Shown here: one piece after another, positions 50,160 to 62,621 of the stretch
Numbering within the stretch: position 1 is the stretch's first letter
Layout of the letters: each line of letters opens with the position of its first letter
Origin: Gammaproteobacteria bacterium
Lineage (GTDB): Bacteria > Pseudomonadota > Gammaproteobacteria > UWMA-0217
Length of the DNA: 64,000 nt
Direction: 5' to 3'
Assembly (NCBI GenBank): GCA_026981985.1
Contig: JALSHZ010000031.1
Location: 8,911-72,910, forward strand
Made by a program: the position numbers and the translations under genes
Notes under the pieces: generated by a model
Seen by the model: only the letters and a program-made list of their open reading frames with translations
The model's database searches: none
What the model was told of the DNA's origin: nothing

Positions 50160-51920
50160 ATGAGCGAACTGAAGGAAATCAAGATCCCCGACATCGGCGG
50201 CTTCGACGCGGTTGAAGTCATCGAAGTGCTGGCCGCGCCAGGTGACACTGTTGGCGTGGACGACTCTCTGTTGACCCTGGAATCCGACAAGGCGTCGATG
50301 GAGATTCCGAGCCCGGTAGCGGGTGTCATCCGTGAAATGCTGGTCAGCGTTGGCGATAAGGTGTCGCAGGGTGATGTGGTCGCCTTGGCTGAGGTTGGCG
50401 AAGCAGCAGGGGCGGTAGTGGAAGCACCAGCCGATGCCGCGCCGCCAGAGCCGGTAGCCCCCTCTGCTGCGCCGGCACCAGCGCCCGAGCAGTTCAGCGG
50501 TGAAGCCGATATCAGCGCCGAAGTCGTCGTGCTGGGTTCCGGGCCGGGTGGATACACCGCAGCTTTCCGCGCTGCTGATCTGGGCAAGAAGGTCGTGCTG
50601 ATCGAACGCTACGACAGCATCGGCGGGGTTTGTCTGAACGTTGGCTGTATTCCATCCAAGGCTCTGCTGCATGTTGCCGAAGTGATCACCGAGGCGGCGG
50701 AATTCTCGAAACTGGGTGTGAGTTTCGCGGCGCCGGAAGTCGATATCGACAAGGTCCGCGGCCACAAGGAAAAAATCGTTGGCCGGCTCACGGGCGGATT
50801 GCGTCAGCTGGCCAAGCAACGCAAGGTCGAGATCGTCACCGGCTACGGCAAGTTCACCTCACCGCATACCATCGAGGTGACGGCTGCCGATGGTGGTAGC
50901 AAAGTGGTGCAGTTCGACAACTGCATCATCGCCGCTGGTTCTCGGGTCACGAAACTACCGTTCATTCCCTGGGACGACCCGCGGGTGATGGATTCGACCG
51001 ATGCGCTGGCGCTGGAAGAAGTTCCCGAACGCCTGCTGGTGGTCGGCGGTGGCATCATCGGCCTGGAGATGGCGACGGTTTATCACGCGCTGGGTTCGAA
51101 AATCACTGTGGTCGAACTCTCCGACGGGCTGATGCCGGGTGCGGATCGAGATTTGATTCGACAGTTCCAGAAAGGTGTTAAGAAACGCTACGAAAACATC
51201 TACACCGGCACCAAGGTCACCGCGATCGAGCCAACGGAAGCGGGACTGCTGTGCCGCTTCGAGGGCGGCAAGGCGCCGGCTGAAGACACCTTCGACCGCG
51301 TGCTGGTCGCGATTGGGCGCAGCCCGAATGGCTTGCTGATCGATGCTGACAAGGCGGGGGTCGCCGTGGATGAGCGCGGCTTCATCGCCGTCGACAAACA
51401 ACAGCGTACCAATGTCGACCACATTTTCGCGATTGGTGACATCGTCGGTCAGCCGATGCTGGCGCACAAGGCAACCCATGAAGGCAAGGTCGCGGCGCAG
51501 GTCATCGCCGGACAGAAAACGTTCTTCGATGCCAGAACCATTCCCTCGGTGGCCTATACCGATCCTGAAGTGGCCTGGTGTGGCAAAACGGAAGACGAAC
51601 TCAAAGCCGAAGGCATCGACTACGAAAAAGGTGCATTCCCCTGGGCAGCCAGTGGGCGCGCGCTCAGCATGGGTGCCGCAGATGGCATGACCAAAGTCAT
51701 GTTCGACGCCAAAACCCACCAGATCCTCGGCGCAGGCATGGTCGGCAAGAATGCGGGTGAGCTGATCGCCGAAGCGGCGCTCGCCATCGAAATGAACTGT
51801 GATGTCGAGGACATCGCGCTGACCATTCATCCGCACCCGACCTTGTCGGAAACCTTCAACTTTGCTGCGGAAATGGTGGAAGGAACGATCACCGATTTGT
51901 ACGTGTCGAAGAAGCGCTGA
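50160..51920 (+). CDS. lpdA: Dihydrolipoyl dehydrogenase (E3) with N-terminal lipoyl domain
   Basis: N-terminal lipoyl domain (ESDKASMEIPS). Then GSGPGGY FAD motif, redox CLNVGCIPSK, C-terminal HPHPTLSE. Confidence 0.9.
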   Translation: MSELKEIKIPDIGGFDAVEVIEVLAAPGDTVGVDDSLLTLESDKASMEIPSPVAGVIREMLVSVGDKVSQGDVVALAEVGEAAGAVVEAPADAAPPEPVAPSAAPAPAPEQFSGEADISAEVVVLGSGPGGYTAAFRAADLGKKVVLIERYDSIGGVCLNVGCIPSKALLHVAEVITEAAEFSKLGVSFAAPEVDIDKVRGHKEKIVGRLTGGLRQLAKQRKVEIVTGYGKFTSPHTIEVTAADGGSKVVQFDNCIIAAGSRVTKLPFIPWDDPRVMDSTDALALEEVPERLLVVGGGIIGLEMATVYHALGSKITVVELSDGLMPGADRDLIRQFQKGVKKRYENIYTGTKVTAIEPTEAGLLCRFEGGKAPAEDTFDRVLVAIGRSPNGLLIDADKAGVAVDERGFIAVDKQQRTNVDHIFAIGDIVGQPMLAHKATHEGKVAAQVIAGQKTFFDARTIPSVAYTDPEVAWCGKTEDELKAEGIDYEKGAFPWAASGRALSMGAADGMTKVMFDAKTHQILGAGMVGKNAGELIAEAALAIEMNCDVEDIALTIHPHPTLSETFNFAAEMVEGTITDLYVSKKR

Positions 51921-51950
51921 ACGGTTTTTTCCATTCAATCGGGAGAAGGC

Positions 51951-52391
51951 ATGATTGACTATGCTGAATACGAAAAACAGCGTGAGGTGATCACGACGGC
52001 CAACAAAAAGCTGTTGGCCGAGTTTGAGCAATGGCTACGGTCGTCGGGGCTATCCGATAAAACCGTCGCAAATCATGTTGAAAATATCGATTTCTACATC
52101 AACGAATTCCTATTGTACGAAGATGTCCTTGAGCCAAGAGATGGCGTTGATGAAGTGTCCGAGTTCTTAGGATACTGGTTCATCAGAAAGGCGATGTGGG
52201 CAAGCAGGTCGAGTATCAAAGCCTATGGTGCCAGCCTGAAAAAGTTCTACGCTTTTCTGCTTGAAAAAGGCGAAATCGAAAAAGATGAGCTGGATGATCT
52301 GAAAGAGACCATCAAGGAGGGAATGCCTGAGTGGTTGGCGACACTGGATCGTTATGATGACCCTTCTGTCGAGGATGTTTGGCGTATTTGA
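51951..52391 (+). CDS. Standalone phage-integrase N-terminal SAM-like (core-binding) domain protein
   Basis: 146 aa. LSDKTVANHVENIDFYINEFL and SSIKAYGASLKKFYAFLLEKGEI follow the XerC/XerD N-domain pattern. No catalytic domain. About 45-50% GC. GGGAGAAGG RBS. Confidence 0.5.
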   Translation: MIDYAEYEKQREVITTANKKLLAEFEQWLRSSGLSDKTVANHVENIDFYINEFLLYEDVLEPRDGVDEVSEFLGYWFIRKAMWASRSSIKAYGASLKKFYAFLLEKGEIEKDELDDLKETIKEGMPEWLATLDRYDDPSVEDVWRI

Positions 52392-52479
52392 TGTGCATGA
52401 GCGGAAAAAGGGCAGAGGTGTCATCAAAGCCCTGTCGTCTGTTTTTCCGCCCTGATTCCTGAATTGAATCGTTGTCGAA

Positions 52480-52725
52480 TCAGACGGTACGGTTCCGCGC
52501 AGCGATTTCGTCACGCGCCTGGCGTAGCTCTTTTGCAAAGCCTTTCCATCGTTTGGAGCGAAATTCGCTCAGTGCCTCCACCGACGTTTTTGGGGCTTTG
52601 CGAATAACGATATGGTCACCTTCTATTTCAACGGTCAGACGGTCGCCGGGTTTAATGCCCATTTTGCGGCGCACTTCGGCGGGAACTACGATCTGAGACT
52701 TTGAACTTAGTGTCGAGGTTGGCAT
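52480..52725 (-). CDS. AbrB/MazE/SpoVT-family DNA-binding (antitoxin-like) protein, solo
   Basis: 81 aa. SKSQIVVPAEVRRKMGIKPGDRL is a SpoVT_AbrB swapped-hairpin motif. No adjacent toxin ORF. Confidence 0.65.
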   Translation of the reverse strand: MPTSTLSSKSQIVVPAEVRRKMGIKPGDRLTVEIEGDHIVIRKAPKTSVEALSEFRSKRWKGFAKELRQARDEIAARNRTV

Positions 52726-52821
52726 GGTGGCCCCCAGTAAGCTTTACCTGTTCGTAACGCGTATCGCCTTCGGATTATGACGGCAATACTGCATCCTCCG
52801 CATCGGGGAGGTTGTTTCGTC

Positions 52822-53388
52822 CTACACAGCCTTCTGGCGCAACTCATCGAGCTGGCGCGCATGGATGTGCTTGATCAAGATTTCCATGTCGTCATCATGG
52901 AGGTGGCTGAATTTCACCACATAGGACCAGCCTTTGCCGCTGTTGGCGTCGGCGCGGATGATGTCGCCGAACACCAGAATGGGGACGCCGGAGGGGAATA
53001 GGGTGATGGTCAGTTCGATCTTGCTACCGGGCTGCATCGGGATGTCGCTGTGGAAGCGGATGCCGGAGGCGCTGAGGTTGACGTGATCCGTCGGTACGGC
53101 TTTTTTCAGGGCTTCCTTGCGTCCCATTGCGGCAGCGAGCTTCTGGATCTTGTCTTCGAGATAGGCGATATATTCGGCAATCTCAGGGTCGCGGCGGCGA
53201 ATTCTGATCAGCTTCGGCAGGTAGCGCTCACGTGCGATCAGAAATTCATTGACGATGCCGAAATCACGATGACGTTCGTCGAATAGCTGATTGGCGCGTG
53301 CTGACTCTTTCTCGTCGAGCGGGCGAATCGCCAGAGCAACACTGTCGTTGACGCGAAAATAGCCGCGTTTGTTATTTGAATTGCTCAT
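52822..53388 (-). CDS. Atypical PilZ-like domain protein (paralog 1)
   Basis: KRGYFRVND (RxxxR) at the N-terminus and NLSASGIRF (D/NxSxxG) about 90 aa later. Last gene of the pomA-pomB-pilZ-pilZ string. Confidence 0.55.
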   Translation of the reverse strand: MSNSNNKRGYFRVNDSVALAIRPLDEKESARANQLFDERHRDFGIVNEFLIARERYLPKLIRIRRRDPEIAEYIAYLEDKIQKLAAAMGRKEALKKAVPTDHVNLSASGIRFHSDIPMQPGSKIELTITLFPSGVPILVFGDIIRADANSGKGWSYVVKFSHLHDDDMEILIKHIHARQLDELRQKAV

Positions 53389-53390
53389 GG

Positions 53391-53969
53391 TCAGATAGAC
53401 GAGACGCGCACGCTTTCCATCTGGCGTGACAGCAGGAATTTAATGAGTTCGTCCTGATCATCATCGCGAATATGGGTGAAATGCGCGGCGATGTTCCAGC
53501 TGCTATCGCCGCAGGTCGTCCTGATTTCTTCGAGCCTCACGACTTTGGCGAATATGACGAAGCGGAATCCGTTTTCGAGGCGAATGATCAACTCCAGCAT
53601 TGAACCGCTGGCGAATGCTTCGTCAAATGTGAAGCGGATGCCATCGCCGCTGATATTGACCAATTGCTTGTACACGTCACTGTCGCCAAAGTGCTGGATA
53701 TTGGCTCGGTCCCCCTCTTTGGGAATCCGTTTTTCCAGTTCCTGTATGTAGGCCAGAATTTCCGGGTAGCGGCGGCCCACCAGTGCTATGGTCGTGGGCC
53801 GTTCGAGCGGTTTATCAGGTTTGGCATTGGCTGCGTCGCATTGGGCGCAGCGTTCCCGATGGTGCTTTGTTAGTGCCTCTGCATTCGTATCTACCAGTGC
53901 CCGAACCTGCAGTTCGAGCGTCTCGTTGATGCGGAAAAAGGCGCGTTTGTTGTCGATCACCGTGGTCAT
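53391..53969 (-). CDS. Atypical PilZ-like domain protein (paralog 2)
   Basis: KRAFFRINE and NISGDGIRF. 2-nt gap to paralog 1. 4-nt overlap with the pomB-like stop. Confidence 0.55.
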   Translation of the reverse strand: MTTVIDNKRAFFRINETLELQVRALVDTNAEALTKHHRERCAQCDAANAKPDKPLERPTTIALVGRRYPEILAYIQELEKRIPKEGDRANIQHFGDSDVYKQLVNISGDGIRFTFDEAFASGSMLELIIRLENGFRFVIFAKVVRLEEIRTTCGDSSWNIAAHFTHIRDDDQDELIKFLLSRQMESVRVSSI

Positions 53970-54877
53970 TTTTCACCCTTTCGCGTTGCAACGATATTGT
54001 CGGCCTCTTGCCGGCTATTGCTGCCCAAGTTGTTTTCTTCTGCTGAGGTCGGCATTTCGTCGAATACCATTTCAGCAGCACCCTCGTCGCTGCTGGTGTC
54101 AACGTTGATCTCGATGCGACGATTTCTCGCACGGTTGGTTGGTGTGTCATTCGGATGCAGTGGTTTGGTATCGGCGTAGGCCCGAATTTCCAGCCGTTCC
54201 GGCTCCGCAAACCCGTGCTTGGTGAGATAGTGCACCACGCTGGCGGCACGGTCAGCAGATAATACCCAGTTGGATGGGTAACGCTTGGTATGGATTGGGC
54301 GGTTGTCTGTATGCCCGGATACCATGATGCGACCGGTGCTCTGATTCAGCACATCTTTGATCTTGTCGAGTACCGGGAGGAAGGATTTTGCCAGTCTCGC
54401 AGCACCAGAAGGAAAAGAACCCTGCTCATTGATACGAATCATCAGAGTATCCTCTTCGACTTCGATCTCAAGCAAGCCATCTTTCACTTCTTCATTGAGT
54501 TTGCTGATCAGCATACTGACGGTATTTTTTACCTCTTCAGACTCGGTATCCAGACGATCGAGGTCCTTCTGAATAATGTCGACAGTTTTCTGCTGCACTA
54601 TCTTGATCGGCGTAAACTCAGGTTTCCCTGGTGAGAACTCCTGGGCGATAATACTCTCCCCGAGTGGTCTCTCCCCATCGGGAACGATTCGTTGTACACC
54701 AAAGGCATCCCGCAGTGATCCAGCTGCTTTTTGAAATTTCACTGAATCCATGATGGAAAATGACAGCAGCAGAACAAAAAAGCACATCAGCAGGGTCATC
54801 AGGTCGGCGAAAGTCATGACCCACGCTGGAATACCCTCTTCGCACTCTTCGCATTCACATTCGCATTCTTGGCTCAT
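53966..54877 (-). CDS. PomB/MotB-like stator subunit with OmpA-like peptidoglycan-binding domain
   Basis: N-terminus MSQECECECEECEEGIPAWVMTFADLMTLLMCFFVLLLSFS matches the PomB/MotB plug/TM region with conserved Asp. C-terminal OmpA-like domain (SGHTDNRP...NRRIEI). Confidence 0.8.
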   Translation of the reverse strand: MSQECECECEECEEGIPAWVMTFADLMTLLMCFFVLLLSFSIMDSVKFQKAAGSLRDAFGVQRIVPDGERPLGESIIAQEFSPGKPEFTPIKIVQQKTVDIIQKDLDRLDTESEEVKNTVSMLISKLNEEVKDGLLEIEVEEDTLMIRINEQGSFPSGAARLAKSFLPVLDKIKDVLNQSTGRIMVSGHTDNRPIHTKRYPSNWVLSADRAASVVHYLTKHGFAEPERLEIRAYADTKPLHPNDTPTNRARNRRIEINVDTSSDEGAAEMVFDEMPTSAEENNLGSNSRQEADNIVATRKGEK

Positions 54878-54883
54878 GACGGC

Positions 54884-55648
54884 TTACTTCTTCTTTTTGT
54901 CGGATTCGCGTTTTTCGGCTGGTAAATAGGCAACCAGCATCTGCTTCAATACACGCGGATTGGTGCCTTCCTGAATGGCATTCACCGATTCGAGAATCAG
55001 CTGTTTATTGAGTTTTTCAGTTTCTGCAATTGCTGTGAGTTTTGCCGCAATTGGGCCGGCGATGGCGTTGGCAATAATGGCGCCATACAAGGTGGTCAGT
55101 AGTGCGACCGCCATTGCAGGACCAATGGACTTGGGGTCGTCCATATTGGCGAGCATTTGCACCAGTCCGATCAGCGTGCCGATCATGCCCATGGCAGGGG
55201 CGTATGCCTCGACGGACTTGAACATCTTGATGCTGGTTACCTGCCGCTGAATCTCCAGGTTGATGTCCTTGGAGAGCATTTTTTGCACGATGTCGGCAGG
55301 ATGGCCGTCGATACACATGCGAACACCCGCAGCAAGGAAGTCGTCGCTGATTTTTTTTCCCTCAAGCGCCAGGATGCCTTCTTTGCGTGCCACATTGGCC
55401 AGCTCCACCGCTTCTTCTATTAACTCCTCGGGTGGTATTTCCTTGTGCATGAAGGATTTGATACCGATCTTGAAAGAGCTGAGAAACTGGGGTAGCGATA
55501 TCTGCATCAGGGTTGTAGTGAGTGTTCCCCCAATAACGATAATGAGGCTTGGGATATTGAAAAATATGCCCGCGCTCCCCCCGAGTATGATGGCACCAAT
55601 GATGACGGCAAAGGCGCCGATAAATCCGAGTAATGTAGCCAGATCCAC
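54884..55648 (-). CDS. PomA/MotA-like stator subunit
   Basis: 254 aa. Four TM segments. Conserved MGMIGTLIGL...TTLYGAIIAN. Confidence 0.8.
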   Translation of the reverse strand: MDLATLLGFIGAFAVIIGAIILGGSAGIFFNIPSLIIVIGGTLTTTLMQISLPQFLSSFKIGIKSFMHKEIPPEELIEEAVELANVARKEGILALEGKKISDDFLAAGVRMCIDGHPADIVQKMLSKDINLEIQRQVTSIKMFKSVEAYAPAMGMIGTLIGLVQMLANMDDPKSIGPAMAVALLTTLYGAIIANAIAGPIAAKLTAIAETEKLNKQLILESVNAIQEGTNPRVLKQMLVAYLPAEKRESDKKKK

Positions 55649-56011
55649 GACTTTTCTCCTGAATGACGATGGTCTTGTCTTCGCTTAATGCTGCGAAGCC
55701 GTGTTTTTTGAAAATTGTTTTAGGCCTGGGTGAAGCCAGTTTCATGCCTGATTGTCACGCTTATCGGCCCGCAACGCTTTTCCTGAAGACTGGTTTGAAA
55801 AAAATCGTTGGGATATCGGGAGTCGGTCAACTATTCGTTGTTATTTCGAAAGGCAAACAGGTGGATGGTCGGTTGCAACTGTTTTTGTTTGGCTATAGAA
55901 GCGGTGATGGTTTGCCGCTATATTGCCGCCTCGTTCTGGAGGGAATATTTTTCGCGCACAAAAAAAAGCGGCCATGGAAGCCATGGCCGCACCAATTTCG
56001 CCAGAAATCGG

Positions 56012-56329
56012 TTAGTCATCCAGAATGAACTCTTGCAGGTCATCAAGTGAGTAAAACTCTGATCCTCTGATGAAGCCTGCCCCGACAGTATCTTTCAGTT
56101 CAGACGCCCTCCCTTGGTCGTCCCACCCCTCGATCCATTCGGGGGGAAGGTTGTCCAGCGTATGAACCAATGCGATGCTGCCATCGGAGTTTAAGGATAG
56201 GTGCGTTTCTCCAGTATCAAAATCCCTGAATCCCGGCATGAAACCGAAGCACAAGTTACCGAAACTTACTCCTGGCATTCGATTGTACAACTTGCGCTGC
56301 TCGAGAACCTCTGCTGTATCAATCAGCAT
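56012..56329 (-). CDS. Hypothetical protein (105 aa)
   Basis: Start at MLIDTAEV preceded by GAGAGG. Lower GC. No recognisable family. Confidence 0.4.
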   Translation of the reverse strand: MLIDTAEVLEQRKLYNRMPGVSFGNLCFGFMPGFRDFDTGETHLSLNSDGSIALVHTLDNLPPEWIEGWDDQGRASELKDTVGAGFIRGSEFYSLDDLQEFILDD

Positions 56330-56583
56330 CGAATTACCTCTCTTGCAAGCGTTGTTATTGTTGTTGTGTCGACCGCCCGCAGCCGTGGCCACAAACCACA
56401 TGCTTGCGCAGTCAAGAGGGTTATCGGCCCCAGGCGAATTTCTTTAAGCGCGAAAAACGCCGTTTTGGGTAGCGCTTCACAGAAAGCCCCTGGTTCTGTC
56501 GAAAATTGGGGATAGACTGCGCTAAAGATGAATGGGCGGTATACTTCTGCGGTTTGACGGCTAGTAACGGGCGGCTATATCAG

Positions 56584-60273
<3,690 letters not shown>

Positions 60274-60355
60274 TTCGGTGTCTGCTGGACCAGCCTGGAA
60301 CCGCCAGCGATTCATCGGCAACGTTGGGCCTGAATAGCGTGGGTCGTATGCACCC

Positions 60356-60784
60356 ATGAACAGACTCTTTGCACTGCTCTTTCCTGCCCGGTATCGCTAC
60401 CTGCCCGCCAGTCGTCTGCTCAATGTGTCGCTGCGGTCACTGCATATTCTTGGGTTTTCAGTGTTCACCGGCGGGTACTGGTTTGGGCAGCCAAACGGTG
60501 AGCTTGCGCCATGGCTCTGGCTGGCGATGGTCAGCGGTGGATTGATGGTGCTGATCGAGTTGTACGGCAGTTTCAGTTTTGTCGTCGAGCTGCGGGGGCT
60601 TGCGGTGTTCCTGAAACTCGGCTTGTTGGCATTGGTGCCCGCCGTTGGTGAGTATGGTGTTTGGCTGCTGGCCACGGTGATCGTGCTCGCCTCCGTGACC
60701 AGCCACATGCGCGGCAAGTATCGGCATATGAGTATTTTGCCCGCCGATACGATTGAACGACTGGCAGGGCGCGTCAGTTCCTGA
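60356..60784 (+). CDS. Small integral membrane protein, hypothetical
   Basis: 142 aa. Four predicted TM helices. Confidence 0.5.
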   Translation: MNRLFALLFPARYRYLPASRLLNVSLRSLHILGFSVFTGGYWFGQPNGELAPWLWLAMVSGGLMVLIELYGSFSFVVELRGLAVFLKLGLLALVPAVGEYGVWLLATVIVLASVTSHMRGKYRHMSILPADTIERLAGRVSS

Positions 60785-61208
60785 CCACTGGGTTGCCCTT
60801 GCGAATCCAGTCGGTGATGCCGCGTTCCACGTTGTAAATCTTCTTGTAACCAAGCTGCTGTGACAGCATTTTGCTGGCGACGGCGGTGCGGTTGCCGGTA
60901 CGGCAGATCAGCACGACCGGTTTGTCGGGATCGGTGATGGCCTCGAACTTCTCCTGGAAGTCGGGCACGACGCGGCCGTTGCGGTCGAACAGCGTGATCT
61001 TGTGGGAGCCCTTGACGATGCCGGTCTGCCGCCACTCTTCCGGACGGCGGATATCCACCAGGGTGACGCCCTGTTGCAGCAGTGATTTCAATTCCTCGTT
61101 GGACACATTGGTATACCCGTGTACGGCCTCGGCGTCACGGCTGCAAGCGGCTAACAGGCCGACTGCCAGCAGCAGGATCATCAGGAAGGTGTTGCGCGTT
61201 GTTGTCAT
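60774..61208 (-). CDS. Rhodanese-domain lipoprotein (sulfurtransferase)
   Basis: Lipobox LLAAC. Rhodanese fold with active-site CRTGNRT. Confidence 0.8.
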   Translation of the reverse strand: MTTTRNTFLMILLLAVGLLAACSRDAEAVHGYTNVSNEELKSLLQQGVTLVDIRRPEEWRQTGIVKGSHKITLFDRNGRVVPDFQEKFEAITDPDKPVVLICRTGNRTAVASKMLSQQLGYKKIYNVERGITDWIRKGNPVVRN

Positions 61209-61422
61209 CGTCTAAGGCTCCATTTTGGCTGCGAACGAGTACGTTAGCGGTACCGGCTTGGATGCGCCGGTGCACAGGGGGATTCAAAGCCCGGTGGTGG
61301 TGATTGTCCAGATTGCCGTTTGGTAATGTGGGATTCCACGTTTCGGTCAGGATGTTCTTGCATGCGACACTGTAGCCGCCTATGTTGAACGGCATCGTTG
61401 TCACTGATTGGAGAGAATATTG

Positions 61423-62337
61423 ATGTTCAATATGAAAACCCTGTTTACATTGGTTGTGGTTGCGCTTGTTACAACCGTTTTTGTTGCTCCTCCTGCTGAA
61501 GCCAAGCGGCTCGGTGGCGGCAAGAGTTTTGGTAAAAGCTATCAATATTCCCGTCCGGCGAAGCAGCCGGCAGCACCAGCACAGTCGGCTCGTCAGCCCA
61601 GCCAGGCGCAACAGGCAGCCGGCTCCGCGGGAAAGACAAACCGTGGCGGCATGATGGGTATGCTCGGTGGCCTGGCTGCCGGTGGTTTGCTGGCAGCGCT
61701 GTTTTTTGGCGGCGCTTTCGAGAACATCAACTTTTTCGATATCTTGCTGCTCGGTGGGTTGGCCTTGGGTGGTGTGGCGCTGTTTCGGGCAATGCGTCGT
61801 AACGCAGCAACGGCCCATCCTCGAGAAGCAGCAGCTGGTCCGGCAGGATATCAACCACCGCCGGCGCCCGAGGTGCAGACGCGGCAGTCCGCCAGTGGCG
61901 GTTTTCAAGTGCCGGAAATCGGTTCAGGGCTGAAAGGCGAAGCATTGTCGGCACAGCCGGACTGGTTTGATGAAAATGCGTTCATGGCGGAAGCAGCCAA
62001 CCATTTCATGACCCTGCAAAAAGCGTGGGACAGCGGTGATATGTCCTTGATTGAGGAATACGTCACCCCGGAGTTCCTGGCGTATATCAGCAAGGAGCGG
62101 GCAGCCTTGCCGGCGCAGCAGGAGACGAAGATCATCGACCTGCAACCTCGATTGCTGGATTTGCTACGCGATGGTGACAAAGTCGTGGCCGCGATCCTGT
62201 TTCAGGGGTATGAGCAGGAGCCAGGTGGTGAACCCGAGGCTTTCGCCGACATCTGGCACGTAGAGCATCCGGCCGATGATCCGAATGCCGACTGGTTGCT
62301 GGCAGGCATCCGCAAGTTGGATGACGTTGACAGCTGA
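61423..62337 (+). CDS. Tim44-like domain protein
   Basis: Signal/TM N-terminus. RLGGGKSFGKSYQYSRP motif. C-terminal Tim44-like domain. GGAGAG RBS before ATG 61423. Confidence 0.7.
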   Translation: MFNMKTLFTLVVVALVTTVFVAPPAEAKRLGGGKSFGKSYQYSRPAKQPAAPAQSARQPSQAQQAAGSAGKTNRGGMMGMLGGLAAGGLLAALFFGGAFENINFFDILLLGGLALGGVALFRAMRRNAATAHPREAAAGPAGYQPPPAPEVQTRQSASGGFQVPEIGSGLKGEALSAQPDWFDENAFMAEAANHFMTLQKAWDSGDMSLIEEYVTPEFLAYISKERAALPAQQETKIIDLQPRLLDLLRDGDKVVAAILFQGYEQEPGGEPEAFADIWHVEHPADDPNADWLLAGIRKLDDVDS

Positions 62338-62420
62338 GCGTGCAAGGTAAAACAAACCCAGGGTGTGCGCGCGATGAGCGTGCGCACCCTTATGCTTATG
62401 TGCTGACTGGATGTCGTCGA

Positions 62421-62606
62421 TCAGAGCGCTTTTGTCCGGCGCTTGCCGCAGCGTTGGCAGCGCCATGCGGTGACTAGCTTCCCCAACTTCACGTCGAATT
62501 TCTTGTCACTCTCAAGCACCCACTTGTGAAACCCCCGTCGACAAAGCGTATTACCCTTGTGTTTCTCCTGCAGCGAGGGTTTCTTGAATGCGATGACCTT
62601 GCCCAT
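62421..62606 (-). CDS. Small zinc-ribbon protein, hypothetical
   Basis: 61 aa. C..H...C..C arrangement (CRRGFHKW...CQRCGK). Confidence 0.35.
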   Translation of the reverse strand: MGKVIAFKKPSLQEKHKGNTLCRRGFHKWVLESDKKFDVKLGKLVTAWRCQRCGKRRTKAL

Positions 62607-62621
62607 GAATGGAAGTCGGGA

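Noticed and set aside
48818-50587. 589-aa ORF on the - strand
   Set aside because: Antisense to aceF/lpdA. Low-complexity Ala/Ser/Thr-rich translation.
53966-55648. Zorya-type anti-phage system (ZorA/ZorB are MotA/MotB-like)
   Set aside because: The MotA-like protein here is 254 aa with no long C-terminal coiled-coil tail, and there are no ZorC/D/E-like genes. The pair looks like an ordinary PomA/PomB-class stator.
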